Positions 36,965 through 46,706 of a stretch of 64,000 nucleotides of DNA are shown here, piece by piece (position 1 is the stretch's first letter; each line of letters starts with the position of its first letter). The notes under the pieces are model-generated. The model was not told the DNA's origin. It saw only the letters and a program-made list of their open reading frames with translations, and did no database searches. A program made the position numbers and the translations under genes. This stretch comes from Thermodesulfobacteriota bacterium. Lineage in GTDB: Bacteria; Desulfobacterota; Binatia; UBA9968; JAJDTQ01. The stretch covers positions 2,335,467 to 2,399,466 of the forward strand of contig OZ220710.1 of NCBI GenBank assembly GCA_965116635.1, in the 5' to 3' direction.

Positions 36965-39289
36965 CTACTCGGACGGGCGCTTGGTGTCGAGCATCCCCAG
37001 AAATATCTTCTCCGCCGTCACCGGCAGGTCCTTGATGCGCACGCCCACGGCGTCATCCACCGCGTTGGCGATGGAGGGCGCCACCGGGATCAGCGAGGTC
37101 TCGCCGATGCCCTTGGCGCCGAACGGGCCGTTCTTGTGCGGCACCTCCACGGCGATGGGCGTGATCACGTCGGGCATGTCGCCCAGGGCGGGCAAGACGT
37201 AGTCCACGAGATTGGGATTCACCAGGATCCCGTTGTCCCACACCATCTGCTCGAACAGCGCCTGGCCCAGGCCGGTGATGGCGCCGCCCACGAGCTGCTG
37301 CTGGCAGCCCAGCGGCGTGATCACCCGGCCCACGTCCACTGCCGTCGCATGCTTCAGCACCCGAACTCTGCCCGTGTCCTTGTCAATCTCCACCTCGCTG
37401 CCCCCGGCGCCCACGAACCAGAAGGACGAGGTGGTCTTGTCGCCCGTGTCGGGGTCCACGGTGCTGGTCTTCACCTCGCCGCGCCCAACCAGCGTGCCTC
37501 CCTGCATGCCGAAGTGGTTGAACAGCACCTCGCGGATATCCAGGGCGTTCTCCCGGAAAAGGACCTTGCCGCCCTCCATGCGCGTCTCCTCCAACGGCAC
37601 CCCGTGCTCTTCGGAGACGAACTTGCGGAGCTGCTCGCACAGGTCCAGGGACGCCAGCTCCAGCGCCTTGCCCATGTGGAAGGTGGAACGGCTCGACGAA
37701 GTGGTGAGATCGTAGGGCACCACGTCCGTGTCCACCCCCAGCACCGACACCTGATCCAGGGAGATGCCCAAGGTGTCCGCCACGATGGCGGCCATGGCCG
37801 TATCCGAGCCCTGGCCCATCTCCACCGTGCTGGTGAACACGTTGACGCTGCCGTCCTCGTTGAGCTTGATGGCGGCGCACGAGATGGACGGCGTAATGGT
37901 GGCCTTGATGAGCGCCGCCAGCCCCCGGCCGCGCACCTTGGAAGGATCGTCCGGCGCCGGCATCGGCTCGCCCCACTTCATCTCCTGGGCGACCTTCTCC
38001 AGGCAGCCCTTGACCCCGATGCTCCAGAGCTTCTCGCCGGTGACGAACTCGTCGCCCTCGTCGTAGATGTTCTGCATCCGCAGCTCGTAGGGGTCCCGGC
38101 CGAGGGCCTTGGCGATGATGTCGGTCTGCGACTCGCTGGCCCAGGCCGACTGGGACACGCCGAAGCCCCGGAACGCCCCCGCCGGCGGCTTGTTGGTATA
38201 CACCGACTTGGCGTCGATCTTCACGTGGCTGAACTTGTAGGGACCGGCCGCGGTGTAGGCCGACTTCTTGGCCACCCGGGGGCCGATCTCCGCGAACGCG
38301 CCGGTGTCGAGGAAGACCTCCGCTTCCCGCGCGTGAAAGGTGCCGTCGGCCTTGACCCCGGTCTTCATGCGGATGAACGCGGCGTGCTTGGTGACGGTGT
38401 AGAACACCTCTTCCCGGCTCAGCAGGATTCGCACCGGGCGCTTGGCCTTCTGGGCCAGGGCCATGGTCAGCGGTTCGATCTTGGGATAGACCTTGCTGCC
38501 GTAGCCGCCGCCGAGATACGGCACCATGATGCGGATCTTCGAGACCGGCATTTTGAAGATGTTGGCGAGCTGGGTGCGCACCACGAACGGGTTCTGGGTC
38601 GTGGACCACACGTTCACGCGCCCGTCGGGCTGGAACGCCGCGATGCAGCCGTGGGGCTCCAGCGCCACGTGCTGGGTGGTGGGCAGGATGAAGGTGTCCT
38701 CGAAAACGTGGGCGCATTCGGCGAACCCCTGCTCGATATCTCCCTTGCGCAGCTTGAAGTGGGTGCAGACGTTGGTGTTCTCGATGGGCTTCAGCTCCGC
38801 CAGGTCGGCGAAGCCATGCTCCGGTATGCGCACGGTCTCGTGCACCAGCGTGGCGTCCTCCTTGACCGAGTCCTGCACCTCCATCACCGGCGGCAGGTCC
38901 TCGTACTCCACCACGATGAGGTTCGCCGCCTCCTCGGCGGCTTCCCTGGTCTCCGCCGCCACCGCCGCCACCGGATCGCCCACGTGCCGGACCTTGTCCA
39001 CCGCCACGATGGTCTGGTCCTTGAACACCGGGCCGTAGTAGGGCTCGATGCCGGTGCCCTGGACCACGTCGTCCTTGGTGTAGACCGCCACCACTCCGGG
39101 CACCTTGAGGGCCTCGGACGCGTCCACGTAGCGGATCCACGCGTGCGCCACCGGGCTGCGAAGAACGACCCCCTCCAGGACCCCGGGCATCTTCATGTCC
39201 GCCAGGTACGCGGCCCGGCCCGTGAGCTTGGCCTGGTAGTCCAGACGCTGTCCGTCCTGTGCGCTCCGCGGCCTCTCGCTTATCGCCAT
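36965..39289 (-). CDS. xanthine dehydrogenase / CO dehydrogenase family molybdopterin-binding large subunit (CoxL-like)
   Basis: 774 aa with GAFRGFG and the XDH-family layout. Lies downstream of the small and medium subunit genes on the same strand. Confidence 0.85.
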   Translation of the reverse strand: MAISERPRSAQDGQRLDYQAKLTGRAAYLADMKMPGVLEGVVLRSPVAHAWIRYVDASEALKVPGVVAVYTKDDVVQGTGIEPYYGPVFKDQTIVAVDKVRHVGDPVAAVAAETREAAEEAANLIVVEYEDLPPVMEVQDSVKEDATLVHETVRIPEHGFADLAELKPIENTNVCTHFKLRKGDIEQGFAECAHVFEDTFILPTTQHVALEPHGCIAAFQPDGRVNVWSTTQNPFVVRTQLANIFKMPVSKIRIMVPYLGGGYGSKVYPKIEPLTMALAQKAKRPVRILLSREEVFYTVTKHAAFIRMKTGVKADGTFHAREAEVFLDTGAFAEIGPRVAKKSAYTAAGPYKFSHVKIDAKSVYTNKPPAGAFRGFGVSQSAWASESQTDIIAKALGRDPYELRMQNIYDEGDEFVTGEKLWSIGVKGCLEKVAQEMKWGEPMPAPDDPSKVRGRGLAALIKATITPSISCAAIKLNEDGSVNVFTSTVEMGQGSDTAMAAIVADTLGISLDQVSVLGVDTDVVPYDLTTSSSRSTFHMGKALELASLDLCEQLRKFVSEEHGVPLEETRMEGGKVLFRENALDIREVLFNHFGMQGGTLVGRGEVKTSTVDPDTGDKTTSSFWFVGAGGSEVEIDKDTGRVRVLKHATAVDVGRVITPLGCQQQLVGGAITGLGQALFEQMVWDNGILVNPNLVDYVLPALGDMPDVITPIAVEVPHKNGPFGAKGIGETSLIPVAPSIANAVDDAVGVRIKDLPVTAEKIFLGMLDTKRPSE

Positions 39290-39314
39290 GACACGCTCCT
39301 CTGGAACATCACGT

Positions 39315-39476
39315 TAGTGTCCTGTCCGGCCAATTCGCATGGTAATCTGCTGGTCCCTTTCGCCGTCAGCTGCGTTGCTCTTCCTCGCGTGGTGCCCGCT
39401 ACTGCTCGTCATCGCGCCTTGCCGACAACAAAAATCCTGCGCATCTTACCATGCGAATTGGCCGGACAGGACACTA
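39315..39476. mobile_element. MITE-like element (family C), same family as 11965-12181, TA target duplication
   Basis: TIRs tagtgtcctgtccggccaattcgcatggtaa / ttaccatgcgaattggccggacaggacacta. Sits in the coxS-coxL intercistronic space. The right TA is part of the coxS TAG stop. Confidence 0.75.
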
Positions 39477-39935
39477 TCCCCGGGCCACGCTTCGGAGGGC
39501 CTGCATGATTTCCTGGTAGCAGCCGCAACGGCAGAAGCTGCCGCCCATGTAGCTCTTGATCTGTTCGTCGTCGGGATGGGGGTTCTCGTCCAGCATGGCC
39601 TTGGCCGTGAGCAGGAAGCCCGAGGTGCAGTAGCCGCACTGCAACGCCCCGAACTTCATGAACGACTCCTGCAACGGGTGCAGCCGGTCGCCTTCGGCCA
39701 ACCCCTCCACGGTGGTGACCTTGCGGCCGCCGGCGTCCACCGCCAGCACCGAGCAGGCGCTCACCGGCTTGCCGTCCACCAGCAGCGTGCAGGCGCCGCA
39801 AACCTGTATGTCGCACCCCAGCTTGGCGCCGGTGAGGCCCAGCTCTTCCCGGACCACGTCGAGCAGCGTGCGCCAAGGCTCCACCTCCACCTGGCAGGAC
39901 GTGCCGTTGACCTCCATGGTGATGGCTTTCTTCAT
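39474..39935 (-). CDS. (2Fe-2S)-binding small subunit of XDH/CODH family enzyme (CoxS-like)
   Basis: Two 2Fe-2S cysteine clusters: CGACTLLVDG and CGYCTSG...CRCGCY. Confidence 0.85.
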   Translation of the reverse strand: MKKAITMEVNGTSCQVEVEPWRTLLDVVREELGLTGAKLGCDIQVCGACTLLVDGKPVSACSVLAVDAGGRKVTTVEGLAEGDRLHPLQESFMKFGALQCGYCTSGFLLTAKAMLDENPHPDDEQIKSYMGGSFCRCGCYQEIMQALRSVARG

Positions 39936-40810
39936 GCCGCCGATCCCCTAGCCTGTTGGTGAACCTTGCGGGCAAGACGCCGCACCAGCGCCGCCACCAT
40001 CTCGCGTTTGTAACGCTCCGAGCCGCGCAGGTCGTCCATCGGGTTGCATTCCTCGGCCGCGCTACGGGCCGCCTGTTCGAGATTCTCGTCCGTCAGCCGT
40101 TGGCCTTCCAGCGCCGCCTCCGCTCCGCGCGCCCGCATGGGCGTGGGGGCGACGCAGCCGAGCCCGATGCGGACACCACCGCAGGTGCCGTCGCCCGGGT
40201 CCACCGACATCCGCACGGCCACGCCGATGCAGGGCTTGTCCACCACCGAGCTGCTGGAGAACCGGACGTAGTCCACCGCGCTGTGAGCCGGCAGCGGCGG
40301 AATCACTACGTGGGTCAGCACCTCGTCGTCCTGCAACTGGGTCTCGTAGTAGTCCACGAAGACATCTTCCAGCGGCAGGGTGCGTCCGCCCGAGGTATTG
40401 GCGATGCGCACGGTGGCATCCAGGGTGATGAACACGCACGGCAGGTCGGTCAGCGGCTCCCCCGAGGCGATGTTGCCGCCCACCGTGGCCATGTTGCGCA
40501 CCCGGATGTTGGCCACGTCGTGCTCCAGCTCGCACAACACCGGCAGGCGCTCCGCCAGCAGGCTCGAAGTCTCGATGTCGTGATGGGTGACGAGCGCGCC
40601 GATGACCAGGTCGTCGCCGGACTCCTCGATGCGCCGCAGCTCGTCGATCTTCTTGATGTTGATCAGCGCCTCCGGTTGGAGGAAACCCTGCTTGAGCAGG
40701 ATCGTCAGCGAGCTGCCGCCGGCGAACACGCGCGCTTCGCCGCCATATTGCTTCAACAGGCCGCAGGCTTCGGCCACGGTGCCGGGTTCCAGGTATTCGA
40801 AGTGTTTCAT
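39932..40810 (-). CDS. FAD-binding medium subunit of XDH/CODH family enzyme (CoxM-like)
   Basis: N-terminus MKHFEYLEPGTVAEA, FAD_binding_5 plus CO_deh_flav_C layout. Overlaps coxS by 4 bp. Confidence 0.8.
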   Translation of the reverse strand: MKHFEYLEPGTVAEACGLLKQYGGEARVFAGGSSLTILLKQGFLQPEALINIKKIDELRRIEESGDDLVIGALVTHHDIETSSLLAERLPVLCELEHDVANIRVRNMATVGGNIASGEPLTDLPCVFITLDATVRIANTSGGRTLPLEDVFVDYYETQLQDDEVLTHVVIPPLPAHSAVDYVRFSSSSVVDKPCIGVAVRMSVDPGDGTCGGVRIGLGCVAPTPMRARGAEAALEGQRLTDENLEQAARSAAEECNPMDDLRGSERYKREMVAALVRRLARKVHQQARGSAA

Positions 40811-40867
40811 GATCGCCGGGAAACGTGGTTAACGGTTTCGGGTTTCACGGGCAGCCGGCCCGTGGCG

Positions 40868-40985
40868 GTCCTTCGACTTCGCTTCGCTACGCCTGTCCTG
40901 AGCCTTGTCGAAGGGCTCAGGACGAACGGAACCTAGCATTGTGCCACCGTTCCTGAGCGTAGCGAAGCGAAGTCGAAGGACGCCA
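40868..40985. repeat. Repeat family A palindromic element
   Basis: ccttcgacttcgcttcgctacgc ... ccgttcctgagcgtagcgaagcgaagtcgaaggacgc. Confidence 0.85.
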
Positions 40986-41000
40986 TGCATCACCGACGCC

Positions 41001-42449
41001 TCAGATATAGTCCACTTTGTCGACTCCGGGCACCAGGATCTTCCGATAATACTCGTTGTCGTTGAGCGGCATGGTGGCATCGATGCCCCACACTGCGGTG
41101 GTGCGCGGCGCCGGCGCGGAAGGATCCAGCGTCGACATGGCCAGGTTGGGGACGATGATGATGTCCTTGTCCGGCTGGACCCGGGTGTTGATGGCCCATT
41201 CCACGTCCACCGGATCGTGCACGTTGATGTCCTCGTCCACCACCACCACCCGCTTGAAGCCCGCGCCGGTGGCCAGCAGCGCCAGGATGACGTTACGGGC
41301 TTCGGCGTCGTGGCGCTTGCGCATGGAAACCACCGCATGGTGCCGGAAGGTGCCGCCGGCGCTGACGCTGAAGTCCTTCACCTCCGGGGTGATGGTGGAC
41401 ACCGTGCGGTAGACCAGCGCCGCGTTGGCGCACTCGATCAGCGTATGGTTCTCGGTCACCGGCATGCCCGTGAGGCAGGTCTGGTAGATCGGGTCCTTGC
41501 GCATGGTGATGGCAGTGACCTGGATCACGGGCGCCTGCTTGCTCTCGCTGTAGGTCCCGGGATACTCGCCGTAAGGGCCGTCCGACACCCGCTCGCCGGG
41601 TATGGTCACCCCCTCGATCACCACCTCCGCGTGGGCCGGCACGTCCACGTCGATGGTGTCGCACTTGGTCAACTGTACCGGCGCGCCGCGCAAACCGCCG
41701 GATACCGCGAACTCGTCCACCCCGTACGGCACCCGCGCCTGGGAACCGATGATGATGGCCGGGTCGACGCCGATGGCCGTGGCCACCTCCAGCCCCTCGC
41801 CCCGGTCCTCGGCCTTGAGGATCATGCGGCCCAGGTGGTGGTCCGGCGGCGCCCACAGGGACAGCTTGTCCTTGCCCAGCCGCAGCATGCGGTGAATGGA
41901 TACGTTGGCAATGCGGGTGTCCGGATCCTTGCCGATCTGCACGCCGATGGTGACGTAGGCGCCGCAGTCCTTCTCGGAATGCACCGCGATGGGAATCTTG
42001 TCGAGGTCGATGTCGTCACCGGTCCAGCGGACCTCCTTGACCGGACCCGTCGGCACCATCTCCGAGGGGATGCGCTGGTCCTCGAGGGTCAGGTAGCGCT
42101 CCAGCAGCTTGTCCTCGGTGACTCCCAGCCCCAGGGCCACCAGCCGGCGGGTGGCGTAGAGCGCCCCGAGCACACGCCAGTCGGGATGGCCCTTGACGTT
42201 GTTGTACAACAGCGCGGGGCCGCCGATGTCGGAACTCTTGCGGATGCCGGCGGCGATCTCGAAGCGCGTGTCCACCTCTCGATTCACCTCCAGCAACTGG
42301 TCCTCGCGCTCCAGCACGTCAAGGAATTCTCTCAGGTCTTGATGCAAAGCAGGTCTCCCGTATCCATGGGTGTAGGCAAAGTGTCTAATTACCAAAAGGC
42401 CTATGGGGAGTCTACCGTTGACACAGCCGCCCCTTGAAGGTAGGCACAA
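41001..42449 (-). CDS. UbiD family (prFMN-dependent) decarboxylase
   Basis: LREFLDVLEREDQLLEVNREVD at the N-terminus and overall UbiD layout. The start is uncertain; TTG after GGGAGA is possible. Confidence 0.8.
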   Translation of the reverse strand: MCLPSRGGCVNGRLPIGLLVIRHFAYTHGYGRPALHQDLREFLDVLEREDQLLEVNREVDTRFEIAAGIRKSSDIGGPALLYNNVKGHPDWRVLGALYATRRLVALGLGVTEDKLLERYLTLEDQRIPSEMVPTGPVKEVRWTGDDIDLDKIPIAVHSEKDCGAYVTIGVQIGKDPDTRIANVSIHRMLRLGKDKLSLWAPPDHHLGRMILKAEDRGEGLEVATAIGVDPAIIIGSQARVPYGVDEFAVSGGLRGAPVQLTKCDTIDVDVPAHAEVVIEGVTIPGERVSDGPYGEYPGTYSESKQAPVIQVTAITMRKDPIYQTCLTGMPVTENHTLIECANAALVYRTVSTITPEVKDFSVSAGGTFRHHAVVSMRKRHDAEARNVILALLATGAGFKRVVVVDEDINVHDPVDVEWAINTRVQPDKDIIIVPNLAMSTLDPSAPAPRTTAVWGIDATMPLNDNEYYRKILVPGVDKVDYI

Positions 42450-42454
42450 GGCGC

Positions 42455-43564
<1,110 letters not shown>

Positions 43565-43636
43565 ACCGCGGGCTTGCAAACACCGCACGAAGGATACTAC
43601 TAAGTGTCGAAATCTTAGCGCCAAAGGAGAAAATCG

Positions 43637-44743
43637 ATGTCAAACCTCAAACACAGCTCCCGGTGGGCCGTCGTCCTCGGTGCGGCTCTTTGCTCCCTGT
43701 TCCTGGTCGCAGGAGCCTACGCGGCCGACGCCCCCAAGACCCTGGAAGAACTGGTGGCGGGCGCGAAGAAGGAAACCACCCTCAAAGCCATGTGGTCTTC
43801 CCGCAGCCTCAGCGGCAGCAAGGGCTTTGCCCAAATCGTCGGCGCCATGAACAAGAAGTACGGCACCAACATCAAGCCGCAGTTCACCCCGGGCCCCAGC
43901 ATGACCAAGATGATCGGCAGGCTCACCCGGGAGAAGAAAGCCGGGCAGCCGGCCAGCACGGACGTTCTCTGGAACAACTCGGGCGGCATGCTGAATTCGA
44001 CCAAGACGGGGCTGACCCGGTCGATGAACTGGATGGCCTATCTGGACCGGCCGATGATCAAGGATGAAGGCTTCGACCCCTTGGCCCCCAATGGCATCGG
44101 GCTGGCCTCGGCGTCCACCCTGGTCGGGATCATGTACAACAGCGACGTGGTCAAGGGCGACGACATTCCCAAGAGCATGAACGACGTGCTCCATCCCAAG
44201 TGGAAGGGCAAGATCGCGTCCACGCCCTATGCCGCGGGACTTCGTGAGTTCGCCACGCAAAGCCTGCTGGGCAGAGAAGTCATGATCGACTACGCCAAGA
44301 AGCTGTCCAAGCACGTCGGCGGCCTCATCCGCTGCGGCACGGTCGACCGCCTCACCAGCGGCGAGTTCGCCATGCTGGTGTTCAGCTGCGGCGACCAGTA
44401 CGTGAATCAGGCCAAGCGTGACGGACTGCCCCTGGGCTACTCGGTGGTCAACGAAGCCGTGGTGTCGCACACCCGTTACGGCGCCGTGCCGGTGCACTCC
44501 TCCGCGCCCAATGCCGCGGCCCTGTTCATCGCCTACCTGCACTCCAAGGAAGGCCAGAAATGGATGTGGGAGGTCAACGGCTTCGACTTCCATCTCTATC
44601 CCGAGTCCAATGAACGGAAGATCCTGGCGGACGCCCGCGCCCGCGGGGCCAAGGTGGCGGTCAACTCGCCGCAGTGGCTTGACAGTCAGAAGGACTACCG
44701 CAAGACCCGGAAAGAGATTGAGAAGATCCTGCAGCAAAAGTAG
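43637..44743 (+). CDS. ABC transporter substrate-binding protein (family-1, iron(III)/polyamine-like)
   Basis: Signal peptide. Size and fold composition resemble FbpA/PotD-type SBPs. Confidence 0.7.
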   Translation: MSNLKHSSRWAVVLGAALCSLFLVAGAYAADAPKTLEELVAGAKKETTLKAMWSSRSLSGSKGFAQIVGAMNKKYGTNIKPQFTPGPSMTKMIGRLTREKKAGQPASTDVLWNNSGGMLNSTKTGLTRSMNWMAYLDRPMIKDEGFDPLAPNGIGLASASTLVGIMYNSDVVKGDDIPKSMNDVLHPKWKGKIASTPYAAGLREFATQSLLGREVMIDYAKKLSKHVGGLIRCGTVDRLTSGEFAMLVFSCGDQYVNQAKRDGLPLGYSVVNEAVVSHTRYGAVPVHSSAPNAAALFIAYLHSKEGQKWMWEVNGFDFHLYPESNERKILADARARGAKVAVNSPQWLDSQKDYRKTRKEIEKILQQK

Positions 44744-44900
44744 CGGACAGTAGCGGACCTTCTCCCAGTCAGCGATGGCGGGCCGCCGCGCAGGGCGGCC
44801 CGCCCGTTCCTCCACGGACAGGCCCCCTGGACTGCCGGGCCCGGCAACCGCAAGAGCCGGCCCCGCCACGGGCCTGTGAACCTCGATACGCGGCGCCCTT

Positions 44901-46640
44901 ATGGAAGCTGTCCTGAGACGACCGTTGTTCCGTGCGCTCCGCCCCAAGGCATCACCCGTGATGTTGGGGCTGGCCATCGTGCCCATGTTCGTGATCCTGG
45001 TGCTGTCGTCCGTGCTGGTGTGGATCAGCTTCCAGACCGGCATGCTGGGAACGGCTCAGGCCACCTACACGTACCAGAACTACCTGGAAATCCTGGGCGA
45101 CCCGTTCGTCGCCGAGGTCACCTACAACACCCTGATCTTCACCGTGGCCACGACCCTGGTGGCGCTAACCATCGGCCTGCCCATCGCCTGGCTCACCGAA
45201 CGCACCACCCTGCCGGGCAAGGGGCTGGTCTATACCATCATGACCCTCGGCCTGCTGATCCCGGGCATCTACACGGCCATGGGGTGGACCTTCCTGGCGC
45301 ACCAGCGCATCGGCTTCCTCAACCGCTGGCTGGTGAGCCTGTTCGGGCTGGAAACAGGCCCCATCAACATCGCCACCCCGGTGGGCATGGGCTTCGTCCA
45401 GGGCCTCAGCCTGGCGGCGCTGGCGTTCATCCTGACCGCCCAGATGTTCCGGGCCATGAACCCGTCCCTGGAGGAAGCCGCCAAGATCCACGGCATGAGC
45501 TTTTTCGCCACCATGCGCCGGGTGACCCTGCCACTGGCGTTTCCGGCGATTCTCGCCGCCGTCATCTACATGGCCACCATCGCCATCGCCACCTTCGACA
45601 TCCCGGCCATCATCGGACTCGGCAACCGCGTGTACATGCTCAGCACCTTCGTCTACCTCAAGACCAATCCCGGCGACGACGAGTTCCCCGAGCACGGCAT
45701 CACCGCGGCCCTGGGCGTGCTGATGATCGGCGTCGCGTTGCTGCTCACCTGGTGGTACAGCTCGGTGCTGCGCCAGGGCCACCGCTACGAGGTGGTGACC
45801 GGCAAGGGCTACCGCCCGACCCTCCTCGATTTGGGCAACTGGGGGCTGGTGGGCTGGGCCTTCATCGGACTCTATATCCTCGCCTCGAAGCTGGTTCCGC
45901 TGTTGCTGATCGCCTACGTCGCGGTGACCCCCTACCTGGCGCCCCCGTCCTGGACCATGCTCAACCGGGCGTCGCTGGCGGCGTTCTACAACGTCGACTG
46001 GAGCCTGGTGTGGCGCGGCCTCGAGAACACCGTGCTGCTGGTGGCCGTGGTGCCCACCGTGACGCTGGTGGTGGCCTTCGCCATCTCCTGGCTGATCGTG
46101 CGCTCGGGCTCGCGCTACCGCTACGCCCTCGAGTTCGGGGCTTTCCTCCCCCATGCGCTGCCCGAGGTCATCCTCGCCATCGCCGCGCTGCTGGTGTCGC
46201 TGTTCGTGGTCAAGGGCTTCCTGCCGCTTTACGGCTCGGTGTGGCTCATCGCCATCGTCTACATGGTTTCCCGGCTGGCCTTCGCCACCCGGGCGCTCAA
46301 CAGCTCCCTGCTGCAGATTCACAAGGAGCTCGAGGAGGCCGCCTATACCGCGGGGCTGTCCGCGGTGCGAACCTCCTGGAGGATCCTGGTGCCGCTGCTC
46401 CGGCCGACGATCCTGTCGGTGTGGATCTGGTCGGCCATCCTGGTGTACCGGGAGCTCACGGTGGCGGTGTTCCTCATCAGCCACGACAACATCACCCTCC
46501 CGGCGGTGATCTGGAGCTACTGGTTCTCCGGCGCCACCAACCTGGCGGCGGCCGTCACCCTGGTGATGACGGCGGTGCTGACGCCATTGATCCTGGTCTT
46601 CTGGTGGTTCGGCCGGCGCTCCCTCATGCCTGAATCGTAG
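44901..46640 (+). CDS. ABC transporter permease, fused two-domain (FbpB-like)
   Basis: 579 aa with about 12 TM helices and two BPD_transp_1-type repeats. Confidence 0.8.
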   Translation: MEAVLRRPLFRALRPKASPVMLGLAIVPMFVILVLSSVLVWISFQTGMLGTAQATYTYQNYLEILGDPFVAEVTYNTLIFTVATTLVALTIGLPIAWLTERTTLPGKGLVYTIMTLGLLIPGIYTAMGWTFLAHQRIGFLNRWLVSLFGLETGPINIATPVGMGFVQGLSLAALAFILTAQMFRAMNPSLEEAAKIHGMSFFATMRRVTLPLAFPAILAAVIYMATIAIATFDIPAIIGLGNRVYMLSTFVYLKTNPGDDEFPEHGITAALGVLMIGVALLLTWWYSSVLRQGHRYEVVTGKGYRPTLLDLGNWGLVGWAFIGLYILASKLVPLLLIAYVAVTPYLAPPSWTMLNRASLAAFYNVDWSLVWRGLENTVLLVAVVPTVTLVVAFAISWLIVRSGSRYRYALEFGAFLPHALPEVILAIAALLVSLFVVKGFLPLYGSVWLIAIVYMVSRLAFATRALNSSLLQIHKELEEAAYTAGLSAVRTSWRILVPLLRPTILSVWIWSAILVYRELTVAVFLISHDNITLPAVIWSYWFSGATNLAAAVTLVMTAVLTPLILVFWWFGRRSLMPES

Positions 46641-46706
46641 CCGGATGCCGGGGGCGTCGAAGGGCATGGGGCCGTCCGGGCATCTCCCCGCGAAGAACAC
46701 TCCGTC

